Assembly (NCBI GenBank): GCA_017513445.1
Contig: JAFXFS010000014.1
Span: 1,218-65,217, forward strand
Direction: 5' to 3'
DNA from: Bacteroidales bacterium
Lineage (GTDB): Bacteria; Bacteroidota; Bacteroidia; Bacteroidales; UBA932
Length of the DNA: 64,000 nt
A program made the position numbers and the translations under genes. Under the pieces are notes generated by a model. It searched no databases and was not told the DNA's origin. It saw only the letters and a program-made list of their open reading frames with translations. Positions 1 through 8,913 of the stretch are shown here, in pieces (position 1 is the stretch's first letter; the number at the start of each line of letters is the position of its first letter).

Positions 1-820
1 TCTCTTTTTCTTTAGTCGAAACCATTTTAAGTGAGTGTTTTGATGCTTCTGCCACCAATAGTGGAATATCCTCTGTATAAAATCCACTGACATATAGTGT
101 ACCATCGTTACGCATTGAGCGTGAATAAGTTGAGATATCTGACAACAGAATATTTCTGTTGATGTTAGCAAGAATAGTATCATACTTCCCTGCCTGAAGA
201 AGAGATGCATCTCCACATTTTGTAATAATTTTACCACTCACCCTATTTCTGCGTGAATTTTCTATCGAAGATAGAACAGCGGTATAATCAATATCAATTG
301 CGTGAACCGGAGATTTAGCTCCCATCTTTGCTGCAAGAATTGCAAGGATACCTGTACCACAACCCATATCCAAGACCTGTTTATCTTTGATAGCTGAGCA
401 ATCCTCAAGAATAGAGTCCAACATAAGATATGTAGTCTGGTGATGCCCTGTACCAAAAGCCATCTTAGGATCAATTGTTATTTGATATCTGGTCCTTGGT
501 AACCCCTTATGGAATGATGCCTTTACTGTACACTTTTTATCAACTACAATTGGTTCAAAATTACTCTCCCAACTCTTATTCCAGTTCTCTTCCGGAATAA
601 GAGTGGCAGAATATTTTACATCAAAACTTTCATAAGTGAGAGCAGACAGAAGTGTTTTAAGATTTGGCTCAGAAAATTTAGATAACTGAATATAGGCCTT
701 CAAGCAGGGCTCTTCAACCAAAAAAGATTCAAAATCCAAATCCTCTATAAGCGCAATAATTTGTTCGGCATAATCCTCCTTGAATGGAGAGATTTCGAAA
801 CTCACCTCTATATACTCCAT
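1..820 (-). CDS. prmA: ribosomal protein L11 methyltransferase PrmA (C-terminal end cut by window edge)
   Basis: Not in the ORF track because it has no in-window stop. The reverse complement from the ATG (820-818) reads MEYIEVSFEISPFKEDYAEQIIALIEDLDFESFLVEE...DPKMAFGTGHHQTT...VLDMGCGTGILAILAAKMGA, which carries the SAM-binding GxGxG motif. I checked the first ~75 codons by hand for stops. Confidence 0.85.
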   Translation of the reverse strand, partial: MEYIEVSFEISPFKEDYAEQIIALIEDLDFESFLVEEPCLKAYIQLSKFSEPNLKTLLSALTYESFDVKYSATLIPEENWNKSWESNFEPIVVDKKCTVKASFHKGLPRTRYQITIDPKMAFGTGHHQTTYLMLDSILEDCSAIKDKQVLDMGCGTGILAILAAKMGAKSPVHAIDIDYTAVLSSIENSRRNRVSGKIITKCGDASLLQAGKYDTILANINRNILLSDISTYSRSMRNDGTLYVSGFYTEDIPLLVAEASKHSLKMVSTKEKE

Positions 821-831
821 AACTTATTATA

Positions 832-1584
832 TTAGTAAGATTGAGCGATTGCGATGAAATCTGAAGCTTTAAGAGCTGCACCACCGATCAAACCACCATC
901 GATATCTGGGCAAGCAAACAACTCCTTAGCATTTGATGGTTTACAGCTACCACCATAAAGGATTGAAATCTCTTGTGCCAATTCTCCAAATTTTTCAGCA
1001 AGAATACCACGAACATATGCGTGAATCTCTTGAGCTTGTTCAGAGGTAGCAGTTACGCCTGTTCCAATAGCCCAAACCGGCTCGTACGCAACAACAACTT
1101 GTGCCATCTCTTCAGCAGATAGTTCAAAAAGAACCTCTTTGATTTGAGCAGCGATAACATCAAAGTGGATATTATCTTGACGTTCTTGTAATTTCTCACC
1201 AATGCAGAAAATTGGAGATAGACCTTCACCTAATGCTAATTTGATCTTCTTAACCAATTTCTCAGATGTTTCACCATAATATTCTCTTCTTTCAGAGTGA
1301 CCTAAGATAACGTATGAGCAACCAACTGATTTAACCATCTTAGCAGAAACTTCACCAGTATATGCGCCTTTCTCTTGATCTGCACAGTTTTGAGATGAAA
1401 GTGCGATCGATGTACCACTGATAACATCAGAAACAGGTACCAAGTTTGTAAATGGAGGAGCAACTACAAGTTTAACATCTTCAGGCACTTCGTTAAGTGA
1501 AGCAACTAATCCTTTTGCCAATTCAACAGCCTCTGAAACAGTAGTATTCATTTTCCAGTTTCCGGCTACAATTTTCTTTCTCAT
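832..1584 (-). CDS. tpiA: triosephosphate isomerase
   Basis: 250 aa. TIM motifs are present: VAGNWKMN, ILGHSERR, AYEPVWAIGTG. Confidence 0.95.
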   Translation of the reverse strand: MRKKIVAGNWKMNTTVSEAVELAKGLVASLNEVPEDVKLVVAPPFTNLVPVSDVISGTSIALSSQNCADQEKGAYTGEVSAKMVKSVGCSYVILGHSERREYYGETSEKLVKKIKLALGEGLSPIFCIGEKLQERQDNIHFDVIAAQIKEVLFELSAEEMAQVVVAYEPVWAIGTGVTATSEQAQEIHAYVRGILAEKFGELAQEISILYGGSCKPSNAKELFACPDIDGGLIGGAALKASDFIAIAQSY

Positions 1585-1640
1585 CTCTAAAATTTTAGTT
1601 TAATAATTAAATAATCCACAAAATTAGAAATAAATTCAAT

Positions 1641-1648
1641 TACCTTTG
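1641..1648 (+). promoter_or_regulatory. candidate Bacteroidota -7 promoter box (TAccTTTG)
   Basis: Matches the TAnnTTTG consensus. It lies 14 nt upstream of the ATG at 1663. Confidence 0.4.
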
Positions 1649-1662
1649 CAAAAAAGTGATAA

Positions 1663-2688
1663 ATGGTTGGAATTGTTAATAATAATCGAATGAAATATTT
1701 TGGTTTGACGCTGATTGCCGTCATACTTTTTATTTTCGATATTCTTCTTGGTTCCACATCAGTTTCATTAAGAGAGATATTAAATCTATTCAATGGCAGT
1801 GGAGATAACAGTATGGTCTCCACAATAATTTTTGACTACCGTATTCCCAAAGCAATAACTGCCTTAATATCTGGTATAGCATTGAGTATCTGTGGGTTAC
1901 AGATGCAGACTCTCTTTAAGAATCCTCTTGCTGATCCATATATTATGGGAATAAGTTCCGGAGCAGGTCTCGGTGTTGCACTATTTCTTATGGGAAGTTC
2001 AATATTTGGGGCATCGGTAATCTCATCTCTCGGAATGAGTATAGGCATCACACTATCTGCCTGGATTGGGGCATTCTGCGTTACATTGCTTATTATTCTG
2101 CTCTCCAAAAAATTGAGAGATAATTTATCTCTTCTAATCTTTGGTGTGATGATCGGCTATATTGGTAGTGCAACTGTTGGACTACTCCAATACTTCTCAT
2201 CATCAGCAGCACTCAAAAGTTACGTTGTGTGGTCAATGGGAAGTTTTGCAGGATTAAGTCAATCACAACTCCTAATTCTCGCACTATTCCTTATTGCAGG
2301 AACTTTGATATCGATATATAATATTAAGGATTTAAATCTGCTCTTACTTGGTGAACAATATGCTGAAAATATGGGTATCAACCTGAGAGCCAGTAAATTA
2401 AGAATATTAATATCAACTACTTTATTAGCAGGTGGAGTAACTGCTTTCTGTGGGCCTATAGGTTTTATTGGAATTGCGGTACCTCATATAGCCAGAGCAG
2501 TTTTCAAAAATGCAGATCATCGAATATTAATGGGAGGATCTGCTTTAATCGGTATCTCAACGATGCTCTTTGCAGATATTATTGCATCTTTGCCAGGGCA
2601 ATCGGGAGTTCTGCCAATAAATACAGTTAGTTCTCTATTTGGAATACCTGTCATTCTTATTATAATAATTAAAAAACGTATGATCTGA
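1663..2688 (+). CDS. FecCD/BtuC-family ABC importer permease (iron-siderophore/cobalamin type)
   Basis: 341 aa, hydrophobic throughout with multiple TM segments and a FecCD-like layout. Its stop overlaps the next start as TGATG. The start could instead be the Met at codon 11. Confidence 0.8.
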   Translation: MVGIVNNNRMKYFGLTLIAVILFIFDILLGSTSVSLREILNLFNGSGDNSMVSTIIFDYRIPKAITALISGIALSICGLQMQTLFKNPLADPYIMGISSGAGLGVALFLMGSSIFGASVISSLGMSIGITLSAWIGAFCVTLLIILLSKKLRDNLSLLIFGVMIGYIGSATVGLLQYFSSSAALKSYVVWSMGSFAGLSQSQLLILALFLIAGTLISIYNIKDLNLLLLGEQYAENMGINLRASKLRILISTTLLAGGVTAFCGPIGFIGIAVPHIARAVFKNADHRILMGGSALIGISTMLFADIIASLPGQSGVLPINTVSSLFGIPVILIIIIKKRMI

Positions 2689-3458
2689 TGGGAGCACTTC
2701 TTGAATTGCATAATCTTGAATTGGGGTATGATAAAAAGAGGATCTTCAAAGGAATCAATGCGACGGGATCTTCAGGAGAATTTATTGCCTTAATTGGTCC
2801 AAATGGCACAGGTAAAAGTACTCTTTTGAGGACAATATGCCATAATAGCCATCTCATTTCAGGCGATATTATCATTAATGGCAAAATAACCTCTCAAATT
2901 AGAGAAAAAGAGCTTGCAGAACTTATAACATTTGTACCATCTCTTATTCCAAGAGCACGTAATCTCTCCATTTATGATATGTTAAGTCTGAATTGCTATT
3001 TCAGAAGTAATTGGCTTGGAAAGGTTGGGAAAAAAGATAGAGAGTTAATTATGGACTCTCTCAAACTTGTAGGTTTGGAGGGATTTGAAAATCGCGACTC
3101 ATTCTCTCTGAGTGATGGCGAATATCAGAGAGCCACTATTGCCGGAGCATTGGTAAAGGATACTCCTGTAATCATTTTAGATGAGCCAACTGCATTTCTT
3201 GATGTATCAAATAAATATCTGATTACCAATCTTTTAAAGGAGATTGCCAATAAAAATAACAAGTTAATCATCTTCTCCACACACGATCTACAATTAGCAA
3301 TAAATAATTGCGATAAGATATGGTTAATGGGAAATGATAATTTCTACGACAAAGCCCCGACTGAACTTATATCAATCGGAGCTTTCGACAAAATATTTAA
3401 GTTACAAGACTATAGATTTGACGAACTTACTTGCTCTTTTCGTCCATCATCTTTCTGA
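2688..3458 (+). CDS. ABC transporter ATP-binding protein (FecE/BtuD-like)
   Basis: Walker A GPNGTGKST, ABC signature LSDGEYQR, Walker B IILDEPTAFLD. Confidence 0.9.
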   Translation: MGALLELHNLELGYDKKRIFKGINATGSSGEFIALIGPNGTGKSTLLRTICHNSHLISGDIIINGKITSQIREKELAELITFVPSLIPRARNLSIYDMLSLNCYFRSNWLGKVGKKDRELIMDSLKLVGLEGFENRDSFSLSDGEYQRATIAGALVKDTPVIILDEPTAFLDVSNKYLITNLLKEIANKNNKLIIFSTHDLQLAINNCDKIWLMGNDNFYDKAPTELISIGAFDKIFKLQDYRFDELTCSFRPSSF

Positions 3459-4626
3459 TAGCCAAAGCCAAACGTTTTACACCTTCAACGATCTTCTCGT
3501 CTGATGCAAAAGAGAAGTTCAGACGCATTGTATTCTTACCCGAACCATCACAGAAGAATGAATCACCTGTTACAAATGCAACATTCTCTTGAATTGCCAA
3601 ATCGAATAGTTCACGAGAGCAATATCCCTCTGGCATCTTTAAGAAGAGGAATAGACCTCCCTCTGGATTTGTCCAGGTTACACCCTCAGGCATAAATTGT
3701 TCAAAAGCGTGGATCATAAGCTCTTTTTTCCTCTTATACATCTCTTTAACGTGGACAATATTCTTCTCGAAGTAATTCTTTTCCAAGTACTTAGCTCCAA
3801 TCATTTGGCAGAAAACAGGAGTACACAAATCTGATGACTGTTTAGCTACTACCACTCTTTCGATTACATCTTTACGACCTAAAATCCACCCTAAGCGGAA
3901 ACCTGGAGCAAATGTCTTTGAGAATGTACCAAGAAGGATAACTCTCTCTGGATCCATTGAGTACATTGTTGGCATATGTTCACCCTCGAAACGAATCTCC
4001 TTATATGGACTATCTTCCAAGATAAAGATATCATACTTCTTAGCTAAATCCAATATTGCTTGTCTCTCCTTAATTCCCATTGTTACACCTGATGGATTTT
4101 GGAAGTCTGGAATAGCATAGATGAATTTTGGTTTACGTCCTTCTGCTATCAATTTTTCAATAACAACTTCAGGATCTTCTTCATCTTTCACACCAATAGG
4201 TTCAGCCCTGTATGAATAGAATGCCTGCAATGCTCCAAGATATGATGGAAGACCGCAAATAACTACATCTCCCGGATTGATGAATACTCTGCATATTAAA
4301 TCAATTGCCTGTTGAGAAGATGTTGTGATTATCAGATTATCCATATCTCCTGGCATTCCCTCAGCATTATATCGCTTCAAAATCTCTCTCTTAAGCGGAG
4401 CATAACCCTCAGTTGTTCCATATTGAAGAGCGACAGTAGGACTCTCTTCCATTATCTCTTGTACAATCTCTTTCACATCATCAACAGGGAAAGAGTCTGG
4501 GTTAGGAAAACCACCTGCAAATGAAATAATTTCTGGTCTAACTGCTACACTAAGAAGATCTCTGATAGCTGATCTCCTCATATTCAGCGCATTATCAGAA
4601 AGAATTGATTTAACATCTATTGACAT
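3427..4626 (-). CDS. PLP-dependent class I/II aminotransferase
   Basis: 399 aa with an aminotransferase fold-type I pattern, including SFSKTFAPGFRLGW (PLP lysine). Substrate cannot be assigned. Confidence 0.8.
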   Translation of the reverse strand: MSIDVKSILSDNALNMRRSAIRDLLSVAVRPEIISFAGGFPNPDSFPVDDVKEIVQEIMEESPTVALQYGTTEGYAPLKREILKRYNAEGMPGDMDNLIITTSSQQAIDLICRVFINPGDVVICGLPSYLGALQAFYSYRAEPIGVKDEEDPEVVIEKLIAEGRKPKFIYAIPDFQNPSGVTMGIKERQAILDLAKKYDIFILEDSPYKEIRFEGEHMPTMYSMDPERVILLGTFSKTFAPGFRLGWILGRKDVIERVVVAKQSSDLCTPVFCQMIGAKYLEKNYFEKNIVHVKEMYKRKKELMIHAFEQFMPEGVTWTNPEGGLFLFLKMPEGYCSRELFDLAIQENVAFVTGDSFFCDGSGKNTMRLNFSFASDEKIVEGVKRLALAIRKMMDEKSK

Positions 4627-4665
4627 AACTATAATAATTTTTAAAAGAATAACCTTATTTCCTTA

Positions 4666-4673
4666 CAAATATA
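4666..4673 (-). promoter_or_regulatory. candidate -7 box (TAtaTTTG on minus strand) for the aminotransferase gene
   Basis: Plus-strand caaatata equals minus-strand TATATTTG. It lies 40 nt upstream of the ATG at 4626. Confidence 0.35.
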
Positions 4674-4804
4674 ATAAAATGAAATGATTTTTCAAATAAA
4701 TATCAAAATTTTTAACCCATAACTGGAAATTACTTAATATCTTTAACAGGTGGCTACTTAATTGATATTCTTAATATTAAGAAATATTTACTAATTTTAC
4801 GGCT

Positions 4805-7432
4805 ATGAAAAAAGTATTCTTAATTGATGGTCACGCATTAATTTTCAGAATGTATTATGCATTTTTGAGGAGACCTATGATAAACACCAAAGGAATAGAT
4901 ACATCTATTCTTTTTGGGTTTACTAAATATATATTAGACTTGATAAAGAGGGAGTCCCCTACCCATTTGGCTGTTGCATTTGATCCACCGGCTAAGACAT
5001 TCAGACACGAAATTTACCCTGAATACAAAGCCACACGTAGTGCAACTCCTGAGTTGGTTAAAGAAGCACTGGAACCTCTTATAGAAATTGTAAAGGCTTT
5101 AGGCATCCCTGTCTTTATGATGCCTGGTTTTGAAGCTGATGATGTTATTGGTTCATTAGCTAAATCATTGGAAATGAAAGGATTTGATACTTATATGGTC
5201 ACACCTGACAAAGATTATGGGCAACTTGTAAGTGATCATATTTTTCAATACAAACCGGGGAAATCGTCGGAAGAGAATATTATTATAGACAAAGAGTATA
5301 TCAAGGCACAATATAATATTGAGGATCCATTACAAGTGATTGACATTCTGACAATATGGGGAGACGCATCAGATAATGTAAAGGGGGTAACATCCGTTGG
5401 AGAGGTTGGAGCTAAAAAATTGATCGCCAAATATAAGAGTGTTGAGAATATTTATGAACATCTTGATGAGTTGACTCCGAAATTGAAAAGCAGCTTCATT
5501 GATGCAAAGGAACATATTGCTCTAAGTAAATATCTCGTTACAATTAAGAGTGATATTGAAATGGAAATTGATGAAGATGATTTAATCCTTCAACCAAAAT
5601 ATTGTCAGAAAGTTGCTGAACTATTTGATTACTATGAGTTTAACTCACTATTGAAATACATTGATTGTTCAGAGTCTGAGGGAGAGGTCAAGATAGAAAA
5701 AAATACTCTTGATTGCTGTGCTGTGGGGATAGAGGAGCTAATTGAAAGTGTGAAAAGTGATAATTTAGTGGCACTTCGTATTGCGGGAGAATCTCTTATA
5801 CTTGCCCACGACAAGAGGTATTCTGAAATTGCAATAGCTAATTCTGCGTCAAAGGAAATAATTGAGAATAAGTCTATTACAAAGATTGGATACTCATTAA
5901 AAGAGGATATTAAATATCTTAGAAAGAGAGGTATCAAACTTAGGGGAGCTATTCAGGATATTGAGATTATGCACTATCTTCTGAACCCGGAGAGGAGCCA
6001 CAAGTTAGAGATTTTGGCTAAAACATATCTTGATATTGACTTAAATAAATCCGAAGATAGTGTTGATGCACCATCACAACTGGATCTCTTCTCGCAAGTT
6101 GATAATGAGAACAACGAGAGTAGCGAGTTGGCTAAAAGAGAGTCAGTTGCTCTATTTAAGATGGCCCCTAAAATATTGCAAGAGATTGAAAATGAGGGCA
6201 TTAGTTCTTTATATAATAACTTAGAGATGGCACTTATTTATGTTCTTGCTGAAATGGAACTTGAGGGTGTAAAGATAGATCTTGAGCAATTGAGAAGATA
6301 TGGAGTAGAACTTCAGAATGAGATTAAAGAGTATGAAATCAAGGCAAGAGAGCTTGCTCAAGAGCCAAATCTAAATCTCTCATCTCCAAAACAATTGGGC
6401 ATAGTACTATATGAAAAGTTGAAACTAAACCCAAAGGTTAGGAAAAATCAGAAAAACAACTACCCAACTGATGAAGAGACACTCTCTGAATTGCGAGAGA
6501 TTCATCCAATCATTGATATAATATTGGAGTATCGTGCTGTAAAGAAACTCTACTCGACATATATTGAACCATTCCCAAATCTAATTGATCCAAAGAGTGG
6601 AAAGGTTCACACTACATTCAATCAAGCGCTTACAGCAACAGGACGACTCAGTTCAATTAGACCTAACCTTCAGAATATTCCTATAAGAAGTGAGAAGGGA
6701 AAAGAGATTAGAAAGGCATTTATTCCATCTCAACCTGACGGTTATATTTTATCGGCCGATTACTCTCAAATTGAACTACGTTTAATGGCAGATCAAAGTG
6801 GTGATTCTGATTTGATTGAGGCATTTAATCAAGGAAAGGATATTCACACTGCCACTGCTGCTAAAATTTTTGAAGTACCTGAGAATGAGGTAACTAAAGA
6901 ACAAAGACGTAGAGCGAAAGTGGCCAATTTTGGTATTATTTATGGAATTTCAGCATTTGGTCTTTCAAAAAGATTGGGTATAGGTAGAGGTGAATCTAAA
7001 GAGCTTATTGAAGAGTACTTTATCAAGTATCCAGCTATCAAGAACTATATGAATCGGACGATAGAGTATGCAAAAGAGAATGGTTACGTAAAGACAATTC
7101 TCAATCGCAAAAGATATATTCCTGACATTAACTCTAACAACAAGGTTGTCAAAGGTTTGGCAGAGAGAAATGCTATAAATGCTCCCATTCAGGGTAGCGC
7201 AGCTGATCTTATCAAACTTGCGATGATTAAAATTTTCAGAAGGATGATAATTGAAGGGTTCCAGAGTAAAATGATTCTTCAGGTTCACGATGAGTTGGTA
7301 TTTGATGTTCTCCCACAAGAGGTTGATTCTTTATCAAGATTAGTAAAAGAGGAGATGGAGAGCGTCTTTAAATTATCAATTCCACTAACAGTAGATTGTA
7401 ATTATGGAAAAAATTGGCTCGAAGCTCATTAA
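4805..7432 (+). CDS. polA: DNA polymerase I
   Basis: 875 aa. N-terminal 5' nuclease domain, then pol motifs A (LSADYSQIELRLMA), B (RRRAKVANFGIIYG) and C (QVHDELVF). Confidence 0.95.
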   Translation: MKKVFLIDGHALIFRMYYAFLRRPMINTKGIDTSILFGFTKYILDLIKRESPTHLAVAFDPPAKTFRHEIYPEYKATRSATPELVKEALEPLIEIVKALGIPVFMMPGFEADDVIGSLAKSLEMKGFDTYMVTPDKDYGQLVSDHIFQYKPGKSSEENIIIDKEYIKAQYNIEDPLQVIDILTIWGDASDNVKGVTSVGEVGAKKLIAKYKSVENIYEHLDELTPKLKSSFIDAKEHIALSKYLVTIKSDIEMEIDEDDLILQPKYCQKVAELFDYYEFNSLLKYIDCSESEGEVKIEKNTLDCCAVGIEELIESVKSDNLVALRIAGESLILAHDKRYSEIAIANSASKEIIENKSITKIGYSLKEDIKYLRKRGIKLRGAIQDIEIMHYLLNPERSHKLEILAKTYLDIDLNKSEDSVDAPSQLDLFSQVDNENNESSELAKRESVALFKMAPKILQEIENEGISSLYNNLEMALIYVLAEMELEGVKIDLEQLRRYGVELQNEIKEYEIKARELAQEPNLNLSSPKQLGIVLYEKLKLNPKVRKNQKNNYPTDEETLSELREIHPIIDIILEYRAVKKLYSTYIEPFPNLIDPKSGKVHTTFNQALTATGRLSSIRPNLQNIPIRSEKGKEIRKAFIPSQPDGYILSADYSQIELRLMADQSGDSDLIEAFNQGKDIHTATAAKIFEVPENEVTKEQRRRAKVANFGIIYGISAFGLSKRLGIGRGESKELIEEYFIKYPAIKNYMNRTIEYAKENGYVKTILNRKRYIPDINSNNKVVKGLAERNAINAPIQGSAADLIKLAMIKIFRRMIIEGFQSKMILQVHDELVFDVLPQEVDSLSRLVKEEMESVFKLSIPLTVDCNYGKNWLEAH

Positions 7433-7973
7433 CGAAGAGAATCAATTGATAAAAAGGGCGGCACAGGGAGACGAGGAGGCATTCAGACTCCTTGCCGAGA
7501 GGTATCATACACCCCTTATCAACTATATAATGACCATTATTCCATCAGTTGAGGATGCAGAAGATATTTCTCAGGACACATTCAACAAGGCATTTAACTC
7601 AATTGCAACTTTCGATAGCAGATATGCTTTCTCTACCTGGTTATATAGTATAGCGAGAAATCGTGCTATAGATATTTTAAGACATAAGCAACTTAATCCT
7701 ATCTCTATACAGAAGAGTGAAGGCGGTGAGATGGAATTTGATTCAAATATCTCTTCACCAGAGGACCAAATGATTACAAATCAGGGTATTGATGTGATTA
7801 TCAATATGATACAGAGTCTTCCCGATGAATATAGAGAGGTTGCAGAATTAAGATTTATTAAAGATTATCCATACGAAAAAATAGCAAAAGAGTTAAATTT
7901 GCCGATTGGAACAATTAAGACTCGAATAAACAGAGCCAGAAAACAGTTACGCACACTTTTAGAGAAAAAATAA
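7404..7973 (+). CDS. ECF-type sigma-70 family RNA polymerase sigma factor
   Basis: 189 aa. It has a sigma region 2 and a region 4 helix-turn-helix (YEKIAKELNLPIGTIKTRINRARKQL). The start overlaps the polA 3' end by 29 nt. Confidence 0.85.
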   Translation: MEKIGSKLINEENQLIKRAAQGDEEAFRLLAERYHTPLINYIMTIIPSVEDAEDISQDTFNKAFNSIATFDSRYAFSTWLYSIARNRAIDILRHKQLNPISIQKSEGGEMEFDSNISSPEDQMITNQGIDVIINMIQSLPDEYREVAELRFIKDYPYEKIAKELNLPIGTIKTRINRARKQLRTLLEKK

Positions 7974-8593
7974 TGGAAAATATTATATACAAATACTTCC
8001 CTAACCTCACAGAGGATCAAAGAGCTAAATTTGATGCACTTGAGTCACTTTATCGTGATTGGAACTCGAAAATCAATGTGATTTCGCGTAAGGATATGGA
8101 CTCTTTCTACCTTCACCACGTTTTGCACTCGTTAGCAATATCAAAAATGATCTCTTTTTCTGATGGTGCAACTGTTTTAGATGTAGGCACAGGTGGCGGA
8201 TTTCCTGGAATTCCTCTTGCAATACTCTTTCCAAATGTCGAATTTACACTTTGTGACTCGATAGGTAAGAAAATCAAAGTAGTTGAGGGTGTAGCAACAT
8301 CATTGGGATTGAAAAATGTCAAATGGGTAAATGCTCGTGTAGAGACTCTTCCTCAAAAATTTGATTATATAGTTTCAAGAGCTGTAACTGATTTAAGCAA
8401 CTTCATTCCTTGGGTAAAAAATAGTTATAAAAATGGAATTATCTACCTTAAAGGTGGAGATCTCAAAGAGGAAATAGAGGGTTGTTGTAGAGCAAAAATG
8501 GTGGAAAAAGATAAAATTATGATCTTCAATATCCAAGATTGGTTCACTGAAGAGTTTTTTGAGAGCAAAAAAGTGATTTTTATTGCACGATAA
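7973..8593 (+). CDS. rsmG: 16S rRNA (guanine527-N7)-methyltransferase RsmG/GidB
   Basis: 206 aa with the SAM motif VLDVGTGGGFPGIPLAI. It overlaps the sigma factor stop as TAATG. Confidence 0.9.
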   Translation: MENIIYKYFPNLTEDQRAKFDALESLYRDWNSKINVISRKDMDSFYLHHVLHSLAISKMISFSDGATVLDVGTGGGFPGIPLAILFPNVEFTLCDSIGKKIKVVEGVATSLGLKNVKWVNARVETLPQKFDYIVSRAVTDLSNFIPWVKNSYKNGIIYLKGGDLKEEIEGCCRAKMVEKDKIMIFNIQDWFTEEFFESKKVIFIAR

Positions 8594-8616
8594 TTTGCTA
8601 ATTAAAACAAAAATAT

Positions 8617-8624
8617 TACCTTTG
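8617..8624 (+). promoter_or_regulatory. candidate -7 box (TAccTTTG) for rpmH
   Basis: TAnnTTTG match 34 nt upstream of the rpmH ATG. Confidence 0.4.
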
Positions 8625-8657
8625 CAGTCCTCAATTTGAAACAAAATATTATTAGAT

Positions 8658-8810
8658 ATGAAACGCACTTTTCAACCATCACAACGTAAAAGACGTAACA
8701 AACACGGATTCCGTGAACGTATGTCAACACCTAATGGTCGTCGTGTACTAGCTGCACGTCGTCGTCATGGTCGTAAGAAATTAACTGTTTCTTCAGAAGA
8801 CCTTTACTAA
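8658..8810 (+). CDS. rpmH: 50S ribosomal protein L34
   Basis: 50-aa ORF, too short for the ORF track. It reads [50 protein letters not shown], the classic L34 sequence. Confidence 0.92.
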   Translation: MKRTFQPSQRKRRNKHGFRERMSTPNGRRVLAARRRHGRKKLTVSSEDLY

Positions 8811-8853
8811 TCGTTATTTTTGCTACAATATAACGGTATTTAATAAGCAAATT

Positions 8854-8881
8854 AGGCTGACCTTTGGGTTGGCTTTTTTTG
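8854..8881 (+). terminator. rho-independent terminator after rpmH
   Basis: Stem AGGCTGACC/GGTTGGCTT (9 bp including G-U pairs), loop TTTG, followed by a T8 run. Confidence 0.5.
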
Positions 8882-8899
8882 TATAAAAACAAAAGTTAT

Positions 8900-8907
8900 T
8901 AACTTTG
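8900..8907 (+). promoter_or_regulatory. candidate -7 box (TAacTTTG) for the PASTA gene
   Basis: TAnnTTTG match ending 6 nt before the ATG at 8914. This implies a very short or absent leader. Confidence 0.35.
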
Positions 8908-8913
8908 TATATT

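Noticed and set aside
262-474. 70-aa minus-strand ORF from the track
   Set aside because: It lies inside prmA but in a different frame. The in-frame PrmA reading, which is unterminated at the window edge, explains this region.
1585-1662. Cobalamin or other riboswitch upstream of the FecCD-type importer
   Set aside because: The gap is only 78 nt, AT-rich and lacks conserved riboswitch cores. A promoter box sits 14 nt from the ATG.
4731-4781. Perfect 12-nt palindrome CTTAATATTAAG (4770-4781) and three CTTAAT copies upstream of polA, a possible operator
   Set aside because: In an AT-rich intergenic region, such short AT palindromes arise easily by chance. Without conservation data I cannot support a regulatory call.
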